A stretch of 64,000 nucleotides of DNA from NCBI GenBank assembly GCA_016702545.1, contig JADJDT010000005.1:274991-338990 (forward strand), read 5' to 3'. Of this stretch, positions 1-10,400 are shown one piece after another; position 1 is the first letter of the stretch; every line of letters starts with the position of its first letter. Position numbers and translations under genes: made by a program. The notes beneath the pieces are model-generated. The model searched no databases and had not been told where the DNA came from. It saw only the letters and a program-made list of their open reading frames with translations. The stretch is from Pseudomonadota bacterium (GTDB taxonomy: Bacteria; Myxococcota_A; Polyangia; GCA-2747355).

Positions 1-237
1 GGCCGCATCTTCCTGCGCGCCGGCCACGTCATCGGCGCGCAGCTCGAGGCCGCCTCGCCGCAGGCCGGGGGCGAGGCCGTCTTCACGATGCTGGGCTGGA
101 CGGCGGGGACCTTCGAATACACCGCGCTCGAGGTCGAGATGGACGATGGCGTCGGGCTGGCGACCACCGAGCTGCTGCTGGAGGGTGCGCGCCGCTTGGA
201 TGAGGCCAACGCGGGCCTGGCCGTGCGGGAGGGCTGA
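1..237 (+). CDS. DUF4388-like protein, C-terminal fragment (5' end outside the window)
   Basis: Frame 1 is open from the window edge to TGA at 235-237. Peptide GRIFLRAGHVIGAQLE...GEAVFTMLGWTAGTFEYTALE resembles the DUF4388 consensus. It is absent from the ORF track only because it has no start codon in the window. Confidence 0.45.
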   Translation, partial: GRIFLRAGHVIGAQLEAASPQAGGEAVFTMLGWTAGTFEYTALEVEMDDGVGLATTELLLEGARRLDEANAGLAVREG

Positions 238-243
238 GTCACC

Positions 244-1356
244 GTGGCCCCAGCCTTCTTCTTCCTGACGCCGGTGCTGGGCGGTCCGGGCGCGCCGCGC
301 TTCCCGATCACGGAGCAGCGACAGGTGGTCGGTCGGGCCCAGGAGGCGCAGATCGTCCTGCCCGAGCCGACGGTCTCGCGCGAGCACGCCGCCATCCACT
401 GCGAGCACGGCGTCGTGCAGCTGCAGGATCTGGGCAGCCGCCACGGTACCTTCGTCAACTCGAAGCGGATCCAGACCATGCAGCTCAAGGCTGGCGACCT
501 GATCGTCTTCGGCCTGAGCCTGGTGCTGCGCCTCGAGCAGTCGTCCAGGCCGATCGCCGCCACACCGACCTTGGTCGCGGTGGGGGAGGACGGCGTCACC
601 CAGGTCGGCGGCTCGCCCTCGCCCCGGCACATCACGGGCCGCCACGAGCTCCGCCCGCGGATCGATGCCGCGGGCACGCTCGCGCCGGCACCGCAGCTCC
701 AGTGGCTCGGCCCGGCACTGCAACAGCTCGCGGCGCTCGGCGCCGCCTCGAGCGAGCTGTTGCCCGCGCTGCAGCGCAGCCTCCAAGGGTTGCTCGCCGC
801 GCTCGACGAGCAACCCCACCGCCTGCCCGCCAACCTGCGCCGCGAGTTGATCGCGGCCCAGCAGCGGCTGGACGCCGCCGTCGAAGCTGGCGCACTGGCT
901 CGGGTGCCGGGACAACCCCTGCTCCTGCTCGACGCGGTGCGCTCCGCGGCCAATGAGCTGGCGGCCGAAGCGGCCCGCCATCATGTGCACTTCGACCTCG
1001 ACGTCCCGCACGAGCTGCAGGTGCGGGCGCAGCCGAGCCGACTGCGCGCCGCGCTGACGAACCTGCTCGCCAACGCCGTGCTCGCCAGCCCGCCCGGCGC
1101 TCCGGTGACGGTCGAGGCGCGACCGGACGAGAGCCACGTCGTCCTGACGATCAGCGATCTCGCCGCACCCGTGCCGCCGGAGGTCCGGCGGGCCCTGAGC
1201 GACCCGCTCACCACCCTGAGCGATCACTGGCAGCCGCTGGCCCTCAGCCTGCTGGCCGCGCGGCACACCCTGCGCCCGCTCGGTGCCACGGTCGAGCTCG
1301 ACCCCCTGGTCCAGGGCCCAGGTCGTTGCGTGCGCGTGCTGCTCCCGCGAAGCTAG
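244..1356 (+). CDS. FHA-domain protein with C-terminal degenerate HATPase_c-like domain
   Basis: 370-aa ORF with a GTG start 7 nt after the upstream stop. FHA signature GRAQEAQIVLPEPTVSREHAAI...LQDLGSRHGTFVN. The C-terminus has an N-box-like LTNLLANAV and then VVLTISDLAAPVP. No H-box or DxGxG/GxGxG glycine boxes are visible. Confidence 0.7.
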   Translation: MAPAFFFLTPVLGGPGAPRFPITEQRQVVGRAQEAQIVLPEPTVSREHAAIHCEHGVVQLQDLGSRHGTFVNSKRIQTMQLKAGDLIVFGLSLVLRLEQSSRPIAATPTLVAVGEDGVTQVGGSPSPRHITGRHELRPRIDAAGTLAPAPQLQWLGPALQQLAALGAASSELLPALQRSLQGLLAALDEQPHRLPANLRRELIAAQQRLDAAVEAGALARVPGQPLLLLDAVRSAANELAAEAARHHVHFDLDVPHELQVRAQPSRLRAALTNLLANAVLASPPGAPVTVEARPDESHVVLTISDLAAPVPPEVRRALSDPLTTLSDHWQPLALSLLAARHTLRPLGATVELDPLVQGPGRCVRVLLPRS

Positions 1357-1403
1357 CGTCGTTCGAGTTGCCGCGGCCTGCGACTGCGGCTAGATTGCCC
1401 CGC

Positions 1404-1889
1404 ATGTCCTCGACTCATGGGTCTCGTCGCCGCACGCTCTTGCTGGCGTTGTTGTCGGGCGGGATCATCAGCGCTGCGGTGCTCTTCCTGATCTTCAGCT
1501 CCGTCAGCGGCGGCAGTGCACTCGAGTACTTCAAGAACGTCGATGAGGTGGCGGGGCAACCGCAGCGCTGGGTCGGCCGCCGGCTGCGCGTGCACGGCAA
1601 CGTGGTCAAGGGCACGATCCAGAAGAAGCCCGGCACGCTCGATCACCGCTTTGCCGTGCACAGCGGGGGCCAGTGGATCGAGGTTTCGTATCGCGGGCTG
1701 GTGCCCGACACCTTCAAAGATTGCGCCGAGGTCGTGGTCAAGGGGCAGCTGCTCACCAGCGGCCGCTTCGCCGCCGACACGGTGACCGCCAAGTGCCCGT
1801 CCAAGTACGACGAGAAGCAGCGGCTGAGCGGCTGCGGGGACGAGCTGAAGTCTCAGGTACTGGCGCGTCGCTCCTTCGGCCGGACCTAA
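1404..1889 (+). CDS. ccmE: cytochrome c maturation heme chaperone CcmE, CxxxY variant
   Basis: ATG at 1404 lies inside track ORF 1326..1889. Features are an N-terminal membrane anchor LLLALLSGGIISAAVLFLIF, an OB-fold core RLRVHGNVVKGTI...WIEVSYRGLVPDTFKDCAEVVVKG, and a C-terminal AKCPSKY aligning with E. coli AKHDENY. Confidence 0.85.
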   Translation: MSSTHGSRRRTLLLALLSGGIISAAVLFLIFSSVSGGSALEYFKNVDEVAGQPQRWVGRRLRVHGNVVKGTIQKKPGTLDHRFAVHSGGQWIEVSYRGLVPDTFKDCAEVVVKGQLLTSGRFAADTVTAKCPSKYDEKQRLSGCGDELKSQVLARRSFGRT

Positions 1890-1955
1890 GACAACAGCGA
1901 CCCGCCCGCCCCCTCCGCCAAACGACTCGCGCCGCGATTTCTCTCCGGCTATTAG

Positions 1956-4313
1956 ATGCGTCACAATGGCTGCATGCTGAAGCGCCCATGGCGCACCGCA
2001 GCGGTGCTCTGCTCCTTCGTCCTCGCGCTGCGATCCGCGGCCAGCGCAGCCTCGCCCATCGACGCCGCCGCTCAAGCCCTGCTCCAGGGCGCGCATCGGC
2101 GGGTGCTCGAGCTGCTGCCTCATGAGATCGAGAGCGCCGAGGCCCGCCTGGTGCGCGCGCAGGCCCTGCTGCAGCTCGGTCGCGCGGCCGAGGCCAGCGC
2201 CGCGCTCGCCGACGTGGCCGCCGGCCTCCCCGCCGTGGCCGACGTCGTCGCGTTTCTCCAGGGCGAGGCCTTCGCCGCCAGCGGCGAGCTCGAGTCGGCG
2301 CAGGAGGCCTTCGCCCGCGCCACCGCCGCGCCCGGGAGCCGCGTCGTCGATCGGGCGCTGCTGCGCCGCGCCGAGCTGCTGACGCAACTCGGCCGCCCAC
2401 GCGCCGCCCTGCTGCTGCGGGCGCTGCTGCTACGCAGCGACCCCTCGCACCCGCAGCGGCCCGCGATCGAGCTGGCGATGGCGCGCAACGAGCTTGCCAC
2501 GCACCAGCCGCGCGCGGCAGCGACGCGCCTACGGCAGCTCTGGCTGACCTGGCCCGAGAGCGCGGCCGCCACCGCGGCGGAGGCCGAGCTGGAGGCGCTG
2601 CAGGCGGGCAAGCACCCGGTCCTCGCCACGCCCGGGCTCTACGACCGGCTGGAGCGGGCCCGGCGCCTGCGACGGCACAAGCGCTACGACGACGCCCTGC
2701 GCGAGCTCGAAGCGGCGCGCGCCGCCTGGCCCCAAGCCGCGGCTCGGCTCGACGACGCGGTCGCGAGCACCCTGCGGCAGGCCGGCCGCGCGGACGAGGC
2801 TGCCGCCCTCTTCGCCGGCCTGCTCGGTCAGGCGCCCGCGGTCGGACGTGCACGCCTGCGCCGACTGCTCGCCGACTGCCTGGCGCGCCTCCAGCGCCTC
2901 GACGAAGGGCTCGCGCTCTACGGCGACCCGCTGAGCGATCCACGGGCGACCCGCACCTTGGCCGGCCGCGCCACGCTGCTCGAGGTCACCGGACTGCTCG
3001 AGCGCCATGGCCGCTACCAGCAGGCCCTGACCTACTACGAGCGGGCCTGGGAGGGGCGCGTCCCCTCACGCCAGAACCTGCGGCCGCACCAGCACCGCCT
3101 GGCCTGGCTGACCTACCGGGCCGGGGACCTCCCCCGCGCGATCGAGCGCCTGCAGCCGCTCCTGAGCGATGCAGACGAGCGGCTCTTCGCTGCCTACTGG
3201 CAGGCCCGCGCTCACGCGGCGCTCGGTGACAAGGCCCGCGCCCTCGGGCTCTACGGCCAGCTCTGGGCCGAGGCCCCGGGGGGCTATTACGGCCAGCTCG
3301 CACGTTCGCGCCTGATCGAGCTCGGACAGCTCCCGGGCGGCTCCCCCCGCTGCCCGCAGACGCCGTCGGCGTCCTCGGCGGCCCCGGCGACCCCAGCGGC
3401 CCCTGCAGCGCGTACCGAGCAGCTCGACGCGATCACCGAGCGCTGGAGCGCACAGCTACCCCGCTTGGCCCGCGCGCGCCTGCTCTGGCGCGCCGGCCTC
3501 GAGCAGGACGCCCGACGCGAGCTCTTGCTCACCGCGCTCGAGTATGGCCGCACGGTCTACGGCCACGGGGCACGCGCCTTCGCCGTGCGCCAGGACGCGC
3601 TGCGCCTTTGGCGCGGGGCCGGACAGCCGCTGCCCCCCTTCTGGGGCGCTCGCGGCCTCGCCCTACGCCGCGCCGCCAGCGAGCTCGAGCCCGCGCTCGG
3701 CGGCCTGCTCGCGTCGATCGGCAACCTCGATTTCCTGGCCGCGCGCCTCGCGCCCGCCGCAGAGAGCACGCCCGAGCAGCGCCGCTTCCCCCGGCGTTAC
3801 GAGGCGCTGGTGCGCAACGCGGCCACGCGTCATGGGCTCGATCCCCACCTCGTCTGGGCCATTATCCACAAGGAGAGCGCCTTCCGTCCTGATGCCCTGT
3901 CGCGGGTCGGCGCGGCCGGTCTGATGCAGCTGATGCCGCGCACCGCGGCGCGCCTGGCGGCCGAGAGCAAGCTCGCGCTCGAGGACGGCCGCGAGGTCTT
4001 CGAGCCGCCGCTCAACCTCGCGCTCGGTACGCGCTACCTGCGGGCCCTGGTCGACAAGTTCCGCGGCCAGCTACCCCTGGTGGCCGCGGCCTACAACGGC
4101 GGGCCCGGCAACGTCGCCGCCTGGCTCGATTGGCGCGGGCGTGGTGCCGAGCTGGACCAGTTCGTCGAGGAGATCCCCTTCCGCGAGTCGCGTGGCTATG
4201 CGAAGAAGGTCGTGGCCCTCCACGCGGCCTATCGCCGCACCTACTGCGGCGCGGCCGGTGTCGCGGTTCCCAACCGCCTCGATACCCGCTACGCGGCCGC
4301 GCCCAGCTACTGA
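1956..4313 (+). CDS. slt: soluble lytic murein transglycosylase (Slt70-like; superhelical N-domain plus SLT domain)
   Basis: 785-aa ORF with signal peptide MLKRPWRTAAVLCSFVLALRSAASAAS (alternative start 1974). The N-terminal region is long, Ala/Leu/Arg-rich and helical-repeat. The C-terminal SLT motifs are WAIIHKESAFRPDALSRVGAAGLMQLMP and AAYNGGPGNV. Confidence 0.85.
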   Translation: MRHNGCMLKRPWRTAAVLCSFVLALRSAASAASPIDAAAQALLQGAHRRVLELLPHEIESAEARLVRAQALLQLGRAAEASAALADVAAGLPAVADVVAFLQGEAFAASGELESAQEAFARATAAPGSRVVDRALLRRAELLTQLGRPRAALLLRALLLRSDPSHPQRPAIELAMARNELATHQPRAAATRLRQLWLTWPESAAATAAEAELEALQAGKHPVLATPGLYDRLERARRLRRHKRYDDALRELEAARAAWPQAAARLDDAVASTLRQAGRADEAAALFAGLLGQAPAVGRARLRRLLADCLARLQRLDEGLALYGDPLSDPRATRTLAGRATLLEVTGLLERHGRYQQALTYYERAWEGRVPSRQNLRPHQHRLAWLTYRAGDLPRAIERLQPLLSDADERLFAAYWQARAHAALGDKARALGLYGQLWAEAPGGYYGQLARSRLIELGQLPGGSPRCPQTPSASSAAPATPAAPAARTEQLDAITERWSAQLPRLARARLLWRAGLEQDARRELLLTALEYGRTVYGHGARAFAVRQDALRLWRGAGQPLPPFWGARGLALRRAASELEPALGGLLASIGNLDFLAARLAPAAESTPEQRRFPRRYEALVRNAATRHGLDPHLVWAIIHKESAFRPDALSRVGAAGLMQLMPRTAARLAAESKLALEDGREVFEPPLNLALGTRYLRALVDKFRGQLPLVAAAYNGGPGNVAAWLDWRGRGAELDQFVEEIPFRESRGYAKKVVALHAAYRRTYCGAAGVAVPNRLDTRYAAAPSY

Positions 4314-4455
4314 ACTCGCCGCGTCCCCACCTCGATAGGCTGTCACCCTAGAACCGGGTGCACCTACCGATGGCGGCGGCGCGCCAAATGCCGCAGCGCG
4401 CGACTGTAATGCCGTTTACATTACCGATTGCCATCGCTGCCCGATCGGGCGTATT

Positions 4456-4476
4456 CTTTCACAGGTGAGGTGAAAG
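4456..4476 (+). promoter_or_regulatory. 7-bp stem / 7-nt loop hairpin carrying the Shine-Dalgarno of the giant lipoprotein gene
   Basis: CTTTCAC-AGGTGAG-GTGAAAG ends 1 nt before ATG 4478, and the loop AGGTGAG is the only SD-like sequence. It lies in an unusually AT-rich leader that also has the GTAATG-N7-CATTAC palindrome at 4406-4424. Confidence 0.3.
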
Positions 4477-4477
4477 C

Positions 4478-7400
4478 ATGCCCACGGGTTCCCTCGGAAG
4501 AGTTTTTCGCGCGCTCAGTGCGCTCTTTGTTGCAGGGCTGACATTCGGCCTGGGCTGCAGCGGCGTTGGTGGGGACCAGGCGCCGCCGGTCGTGGGCGTC
4601 GCGCCGCGGGCCGCGACGAATGCGGCCAACGCGATGAACGCGATGAACGCGATGAACGCGATGAACGCGATGAACGCGATGAACGCGATGAACGCGATGA
4701 ACGCGATGAACGCGATGAACGCGATGAACGCGATGAACGCGATGAACGCGATGAACGCGATGAACGCGATGAACGCGATGAACGCGATGAACGCGATGAA
4801 CGCGATGAACAGCGTCACGACGGGCACCCCGCTCGACGTCGGCACGCTGCGCATCCCCTCGACCACGCTGACCGACCTCGGCCGCTACACGCTGGCGCAG
4901 ACCGAGCTGCTCTGCCCCGCGACGCGCATCCCGCATACCTTCGACCAGGGCACCCCGGGCGATCCCAGCGACGATATCGCGGCGCACCTCACCCTGCCGC
5001 GCTGGCTGGTGCTCAAACAACAGTTCGAGCGCGTGCGCGTCGCCTGCGCCACGCCGGTGCCTGGCACCTGCGGCAACGGCGTCGTCGATAGCGGCGAGCA
5101 GTGCGACACCGGCATTCCGCTCGGCGAGCCGAACGCCTGCGAGACCGTCACGGTCGCCATCGACGAGGACCTCGACGGCAACGGCACCCCCGAGACGAGC
5201 GTGACCTACGAGGTCTTCTCCGGCATCGGCCTGGCCTGCGCCGACCGCGCCTACCGCCCCTTCCTGCTACACCCCACCACCGGCCCCGAGGCCACCTCCA
5301 GCCCGGAGACCTTCAATACCTTCTTCCGCTACCTCTGCCTGCAGAGCTGGGACGAGGCCCAGGGCCAGGCCGTCTACCGCTGCGGCAAGGGCCTGCTCGC
5401 CGCCGGCGTCTCCGGCTACGCCGTCCGCGAGGGCACCCTCTCGGCGCGCCCGATCTACCTCTCGTCCCTCACCTGGGGCGACAACGGCGGCAACGTCTGG
5501 AACCGCCACTGGCAGTTCCGCGAGCACCACATCGGCTCGATCCCCGAGCCCATCCCCGCCGGGCAGCAGATCGGCTACGCGCTCGACGCCGCCTGGGGCC
5601 TCAACCCGCGCGAGGAGCACGAGGGCGGCGGCAGCAAGGAGCCCGACTACCTCGCGGCCCTCGCGCTCAAGACCGCGACCAACCGCAGCGGCGTGACCGT
5701 CAGCCCCTACAACCGCGCCAACGTCACCGGCGGCCTGGGCTTCGACGCTCGCGAGCTGAACCAATGCGAGCCCGGCTATCACAGCGTCCCCGACCTCGCC
5801 TCCACCGGCGCCCTCGAGCAAGGCATGTTGCTCAACCTCAGCGTCGCCGGCTGGTACCAGGACGGCTGCACCTGGTCGCGTGACTGGGGCCTCCCCACGC
5901 TGCCCACGCAGCAAGTGGGGGGCTGCCAGGTCTTCGACATCGGAGCGGGCGCCCTGCAGACCCGCATGGGCCTCAACCTCGGCGACGCCACTCCGCGCCG
6001 CTGCCCCAGCTTCGCCACCTGCGAGCCTGGCAAGAGCTGCTGCATGGGCCGCTTCGCGCTCGGCTACGACAGTAGCTGCGCCGCGAAGTCCGACGGCACC
6101 CTGTGGTGCTTCGGTGACAACGTCTACGGCCAGCTCGGGCGCGGCGTCATCGACGGCGGCAGCTCGATGGCCCGACCCGTGCTCTGGCAGAAGCCCGCGA
6201 ATCCCACCGAGATCGAGACCTTCCCTGGCGTGCTCGACGTCTTCGTCGGTAACGCGGGTGCCTGCGCCCGTCGCAACGATGGACGTATCTACTGCTGGGG
6301 CAAGAACGACCTCGGGCAGATCGGCGACGGCACCACCATCACGCGCCTCTATCCCGTCGCCGTGACCGGGCTGGGCACCAGCTTTGCGGTCGAGCAGGGC
6401 GCCGCCGGCGCCTCCTCCCGCTGCGTGCGGCGCACCGACGGGACGGTGTGGTGCTGGGGCGGCAACGCCAACGGCGAGCTGGGCGACGGCACGACCATCA
6501 CGCGCCCGAACCCCGTGGCCCTCACGACGCTCGGCACGACGACGGCCGAGCTTCGCCTGGGGTGGTCCCATGGCTGTGCGCGGCGCCTCGACGGCAGGCT
6601 GTGGTGCTGGGGCGCCAACACCTATGGGCAGCTCGGCGACGGCACCACGCTGTCACGCTCGACGCCCGCGGCCGTCACGGCGCTAGGCACCGCGCTGCTG
6701 GTCACCCATGTCTCGCTGGGCGTCACCCAGACCTGCGTGCGGCTCGCCAACGGCACCGTGTCGTGTTGGGGCAGGAACATTTCCGGCCAACTCGGCGACG
6801 GGACCACCATCGACCGCACGAGCCCCGTGCCCGTCACGGCGCTCGGCACGACGGTGGTCGAGCTGGCGGCGGGCGGTTCCCATACCTGTGCTCGGCATGG
6901 CACCGGCAGCGTGTCCTGCTGGGGCCGGGGCGATTGGGGCCAGGTGGGCGACGGCATGCAGGTCGCCCGCTGGCTCCCCGTCACTATCACCGGGCTGGGG
7001 CTGGCGGCAGCCGAGCTCGCCGCCGGGACAGATCATAGCTGCGCGCGGCGTCTCGACGGCAGCCTGTGGTGTTGGGGGAGCAACTGGAAGGGTCAGCTGG
7101 GCAACGGCACTGCGCTCGACGCCCTGAGCCCGGCCCTCTCGCTGTCGCTGCGCTGCCACTGCGGTGACGCGGTGTGTAGCCGCTCCGAGACGGCGGCCAG
7201 CTGTCCCGCCGACTGTCGCGGAGAGAGTCATGGCGACAAGAGGTGCACCGGCGCAGAGACCGAGGGGACCCACCCGGGCGACTGCCAGCGGGTGGCCTAC
7301 GATCAGCTCGCGGGCGGTCGCGGCCATTATTGCGCGCGGCGTCCCGACGGCAGCTTGTGGTGCTGGGGCGATAACAGGAACGGGCAACTCGGCGACGGCA

Positions 7401-10400
7401 CGACGCTCTCGCGCTTCGCTCCGGTGAAGATCACAGCGCTCGGCACGGCCGTCAGCAACTTCGCCCTGGGTAGCGACCACAGCTGCGCGCGCCTGACCGA
7501 CGGGACCACCAAGTGCTGGGGCGATAACCGGCGCGGCCAGCTCGGCGACAACACCAGCGTCAGCAAGCTGAGCCCCGTGACCATCACCGCGCTGGGCACG
7601 GCGACGGTCAGCCTCGGTCTGGGCTACCAGCACAGCTGCGCCGTGATGGCCGACAAGAGGCTGCGCTGCTGGGGCGAAAACCAAAGCGGCAGGATAGGCG
7701 ATGGCACCACCATCCCCCGCCGCCTCCCCGTCCAGGTCACCACGCTCGGCACCCAGGCGGCCCAGGTGACCGCAGGCATGATGCACACCTGCGCGCGCCT
7801 CACGACCAACGCCCTGAGGTGCTGGGGCCGCAGCGAGTACGGCCAGCTGGGCGATGGCTCGACGGCCATACGTAGTCGCCCGGTCGCGATCACCGCGCTC
7901 GGCACCGTCGCCACGGCGGTCGCCGCCGGCGACTACCACACCTGTGCAACGACGACCGACGGCAAGCTCTACTGCTGGGGGAAGAACGAGAACGGCGAGG
8001 TTGGCGACGGCTCGACGACGCTGCGCAAGCTCCCGGTTGCGGTCACGGCGCTGGGCACGACGACGGTGGCGGTCGCAACCGGCGGGCGCGCCACTTGCGC
8101 GCGGCTCGAGAACACCAGTGTCTCCTGCTGGGGACACAACAGCAGCGGCGCGCTCGGCGACGGCACTAGCGTCACCCGCTGGCTCCCGGCGCCCGTGGCC
8201 ACGCTGAGCGCCGTCAGCGCCATCGCCGCCGGCGATGGGCATCACTGCGCGCTGCGCAGCGACGGCAGCCTCTGGTGTTGGGGTGGCAGCGTCTTTGGCG
8301 CCCTCGGCGCGCTCGTCGGCCGGGCCTGGACACCGGTCGAACAGTCCCGCTGCGGCGATGGGACCTGCGCCTACGATGAGGCCGCGAACGGCTGGTGCAG
8401 CGCCGACTGCGCGACCACCTGCGGTGACTGCGTCTGCGACGGGGTGCTCGAGGACGCCACGAGTTGCCCTGCGGACTGCGTACCGGGCGGGACCTGCGCG
8501 GCGAGCGCCTGCGGCAATGCGCGCTGCGAGGCCGATGAGACCTGTGCGCTGTGCCCGGGCGACTGCGGCACCTGCTACACGACCTGCGGCAAGAACGGCT
8601 GCGAGCCGGGGGAGACCTGCACGAGCTGTCCCGGCGACTGCGGGGCCTGCGCGGCGCCGGTCTGCGGCAATGCGAGCTGCGATGCGGGCGAGAGCTGCGG
8701 CTCGTGCCCGGGGGACTGCGGCGCGTGCAGTGGCACGGCCTGGGGCGAACCGGCGGGGGCCATCAGCGCGAGCTTGCAGGCGGTGACCTTCCCCGTGAAC
8801 ACCACCCTGGGCTTCGCCGCGGGCAGCAACGGCACGCTGCTCAAGAGCACGGACAGCGGGGCGAGCTGGGCGGCGCTGAGCACGGGCACGGCGGCCACGC
8901 TGCGGGCGCTGGCCTTCGTCGACGCGCAGACGGGCCTGGCGGCGGGCGATGGCGGCGTGCTGCTCAAGACCACCAATGGCGGCACGAGCTGGACGGCGCT
9001 GACCTCGGGCACCACGGCCGCACTGCGGGCGCTGGCGCTGCTCGACGGGCTGACGGGCTTCGCCGCGGGCGACGGCGGCGTGCTGCTCAAGACGACCAAT
9101 GGCGGCACAAACTGGACGGCGCTCACCTCAGGCACGGCGGCGGCGCTCCGGGCGCTGCGCTTCGTCGACGCGCAGACGGGCTTCGCGGCCGGCGACGGGG
9201 GCACCATCCTCAAGACCAGCAGCGGCGGCACGAGCTGGTCCTCGCTGACCTCCGGCACGGCGGCCGCGCTGCGGGCGCTGGCCTTCGTCGATGCGCAGAC
9301 GGGCTACGCGGCCGGCGACAACGGCACCATCCTCAAGACCACCAACGGCGGCACGAGCTGGAGCACGCAGACCACCGGCGTGCACGGCGCCCTCTACGCG
9401 CTGGCCTTCCCGCTCGGCGCGCTGCACGGCACGGCGGTCGGCGAGGGCGGCCTGGTGCTGCGTACGACCAACGGCGGCGCCTCGTGGACCCAGGAGAGCT
9501 CAGGCACCTCGGAGACGCTGCTGGCGGTGACCATGCCGGCCGACTGGACGATGGGCGTGGCGGTCGGCGCCAGCGGCACGGTCGTGCGGCGCATCCCGCC
9601 CTGGGAGCCCTCGATCCTCTACGACACCGAGGTCGCCAGCCTGGCGCCGCCGACGATCATCCCCAGCGCGGTGATGAGCCAGCGCGTGGCCTTCGCCGGC
9701 AACAACAGCGGCTGGCTCTATGCGCTCAGCCCCACCGCGCGCGTGCCGCGCTATACGCCGGCGCGCCTGGCCGACGCGGTGCAGGGCCGCAGCCCCGTCG
9801 GTCAACTGCCGGGCGAGAGCTTCCCGACCCTCTACGCCGCCACGGCCGCGGGTCTGGGCTACGCCCTCAACGCCAACACCGGCGCGCTGCGCTGGACCAC
9901 GGACGGCGACAGCAGCCTGGCCGGGAATCAGCCCTTGGGCGCGGCGCTGGTCGCGGCCCCGGTCGTCTCACCGACGCGCAACCTGGCCTTCTTCGCCACG
10001 CGCAACCTCAGCGGCGCGCAGAACCGCCTCTTCGCCTTCGACGCCAAGAGCGGCGCCTGTCGCTGGGTGCTCAACGGCAGCTGCGCCGGCGCCACCGGCG
10101 CGCTGAACCTGGGCCAGATCAGCGGCAGCCCGATCCACGACGCGACCGCCCGCAAGCTCTTCCTCACCAGCACCAGCCTCAGCGGCGGCGGCACGGTCTG
10201 GGCGGTGGACGCGGGCGACGCCACGCCCGGCACCGTGAGCTGGAGCCGCAACCTCGGCGACAGCGACGCCTCGCCGACCTTGGCCGAGACCACGCGCACC
10301 AGCCTCTACGTCGGCACCAACAGCGGCCGCCTCCACCGCGTGCGTACGAGCGACGGCGTGAGCTGCTGGAGCACGACCGGCAGCGGCTGCACCAGTCTTC

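Noticed and set aside
1753-2943. 396-aa minus-strand ORF, and similar long ORFs 1353..2387, 5267..6571, 6683..8245, 14208..16202, 19514..20647, 24447..26609, 25813..26760
   Set aside because: They are extremely Arg/Ala/Gly/Pro-rich and lie antisense or out of frame to genes with clear family motifs. This is the typical stop-codon-poor shadow ORF of high-GC DNA.
4628-4807. Possible CRISPR array, because of the regular short repeats
   Set aside because: The units are 9 bp, directly abutting with no spacers, and in frame within a gene. This is a coding microsatellite, not a CRISPR.
4421-5020. Minus-strand ORFs translating to (HRV)n (4421..5020) and (FIA)n (4459..4866)
   Set aside because: They are the mirror and off-frame readings of the plus-strand (NAM)20 repeat. 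The plus-strand frame is continuous with a lipobox signal peptide and 2000 aa of recognisable domains, while the minus-strand ORFs have Arg-rich junk flanks.
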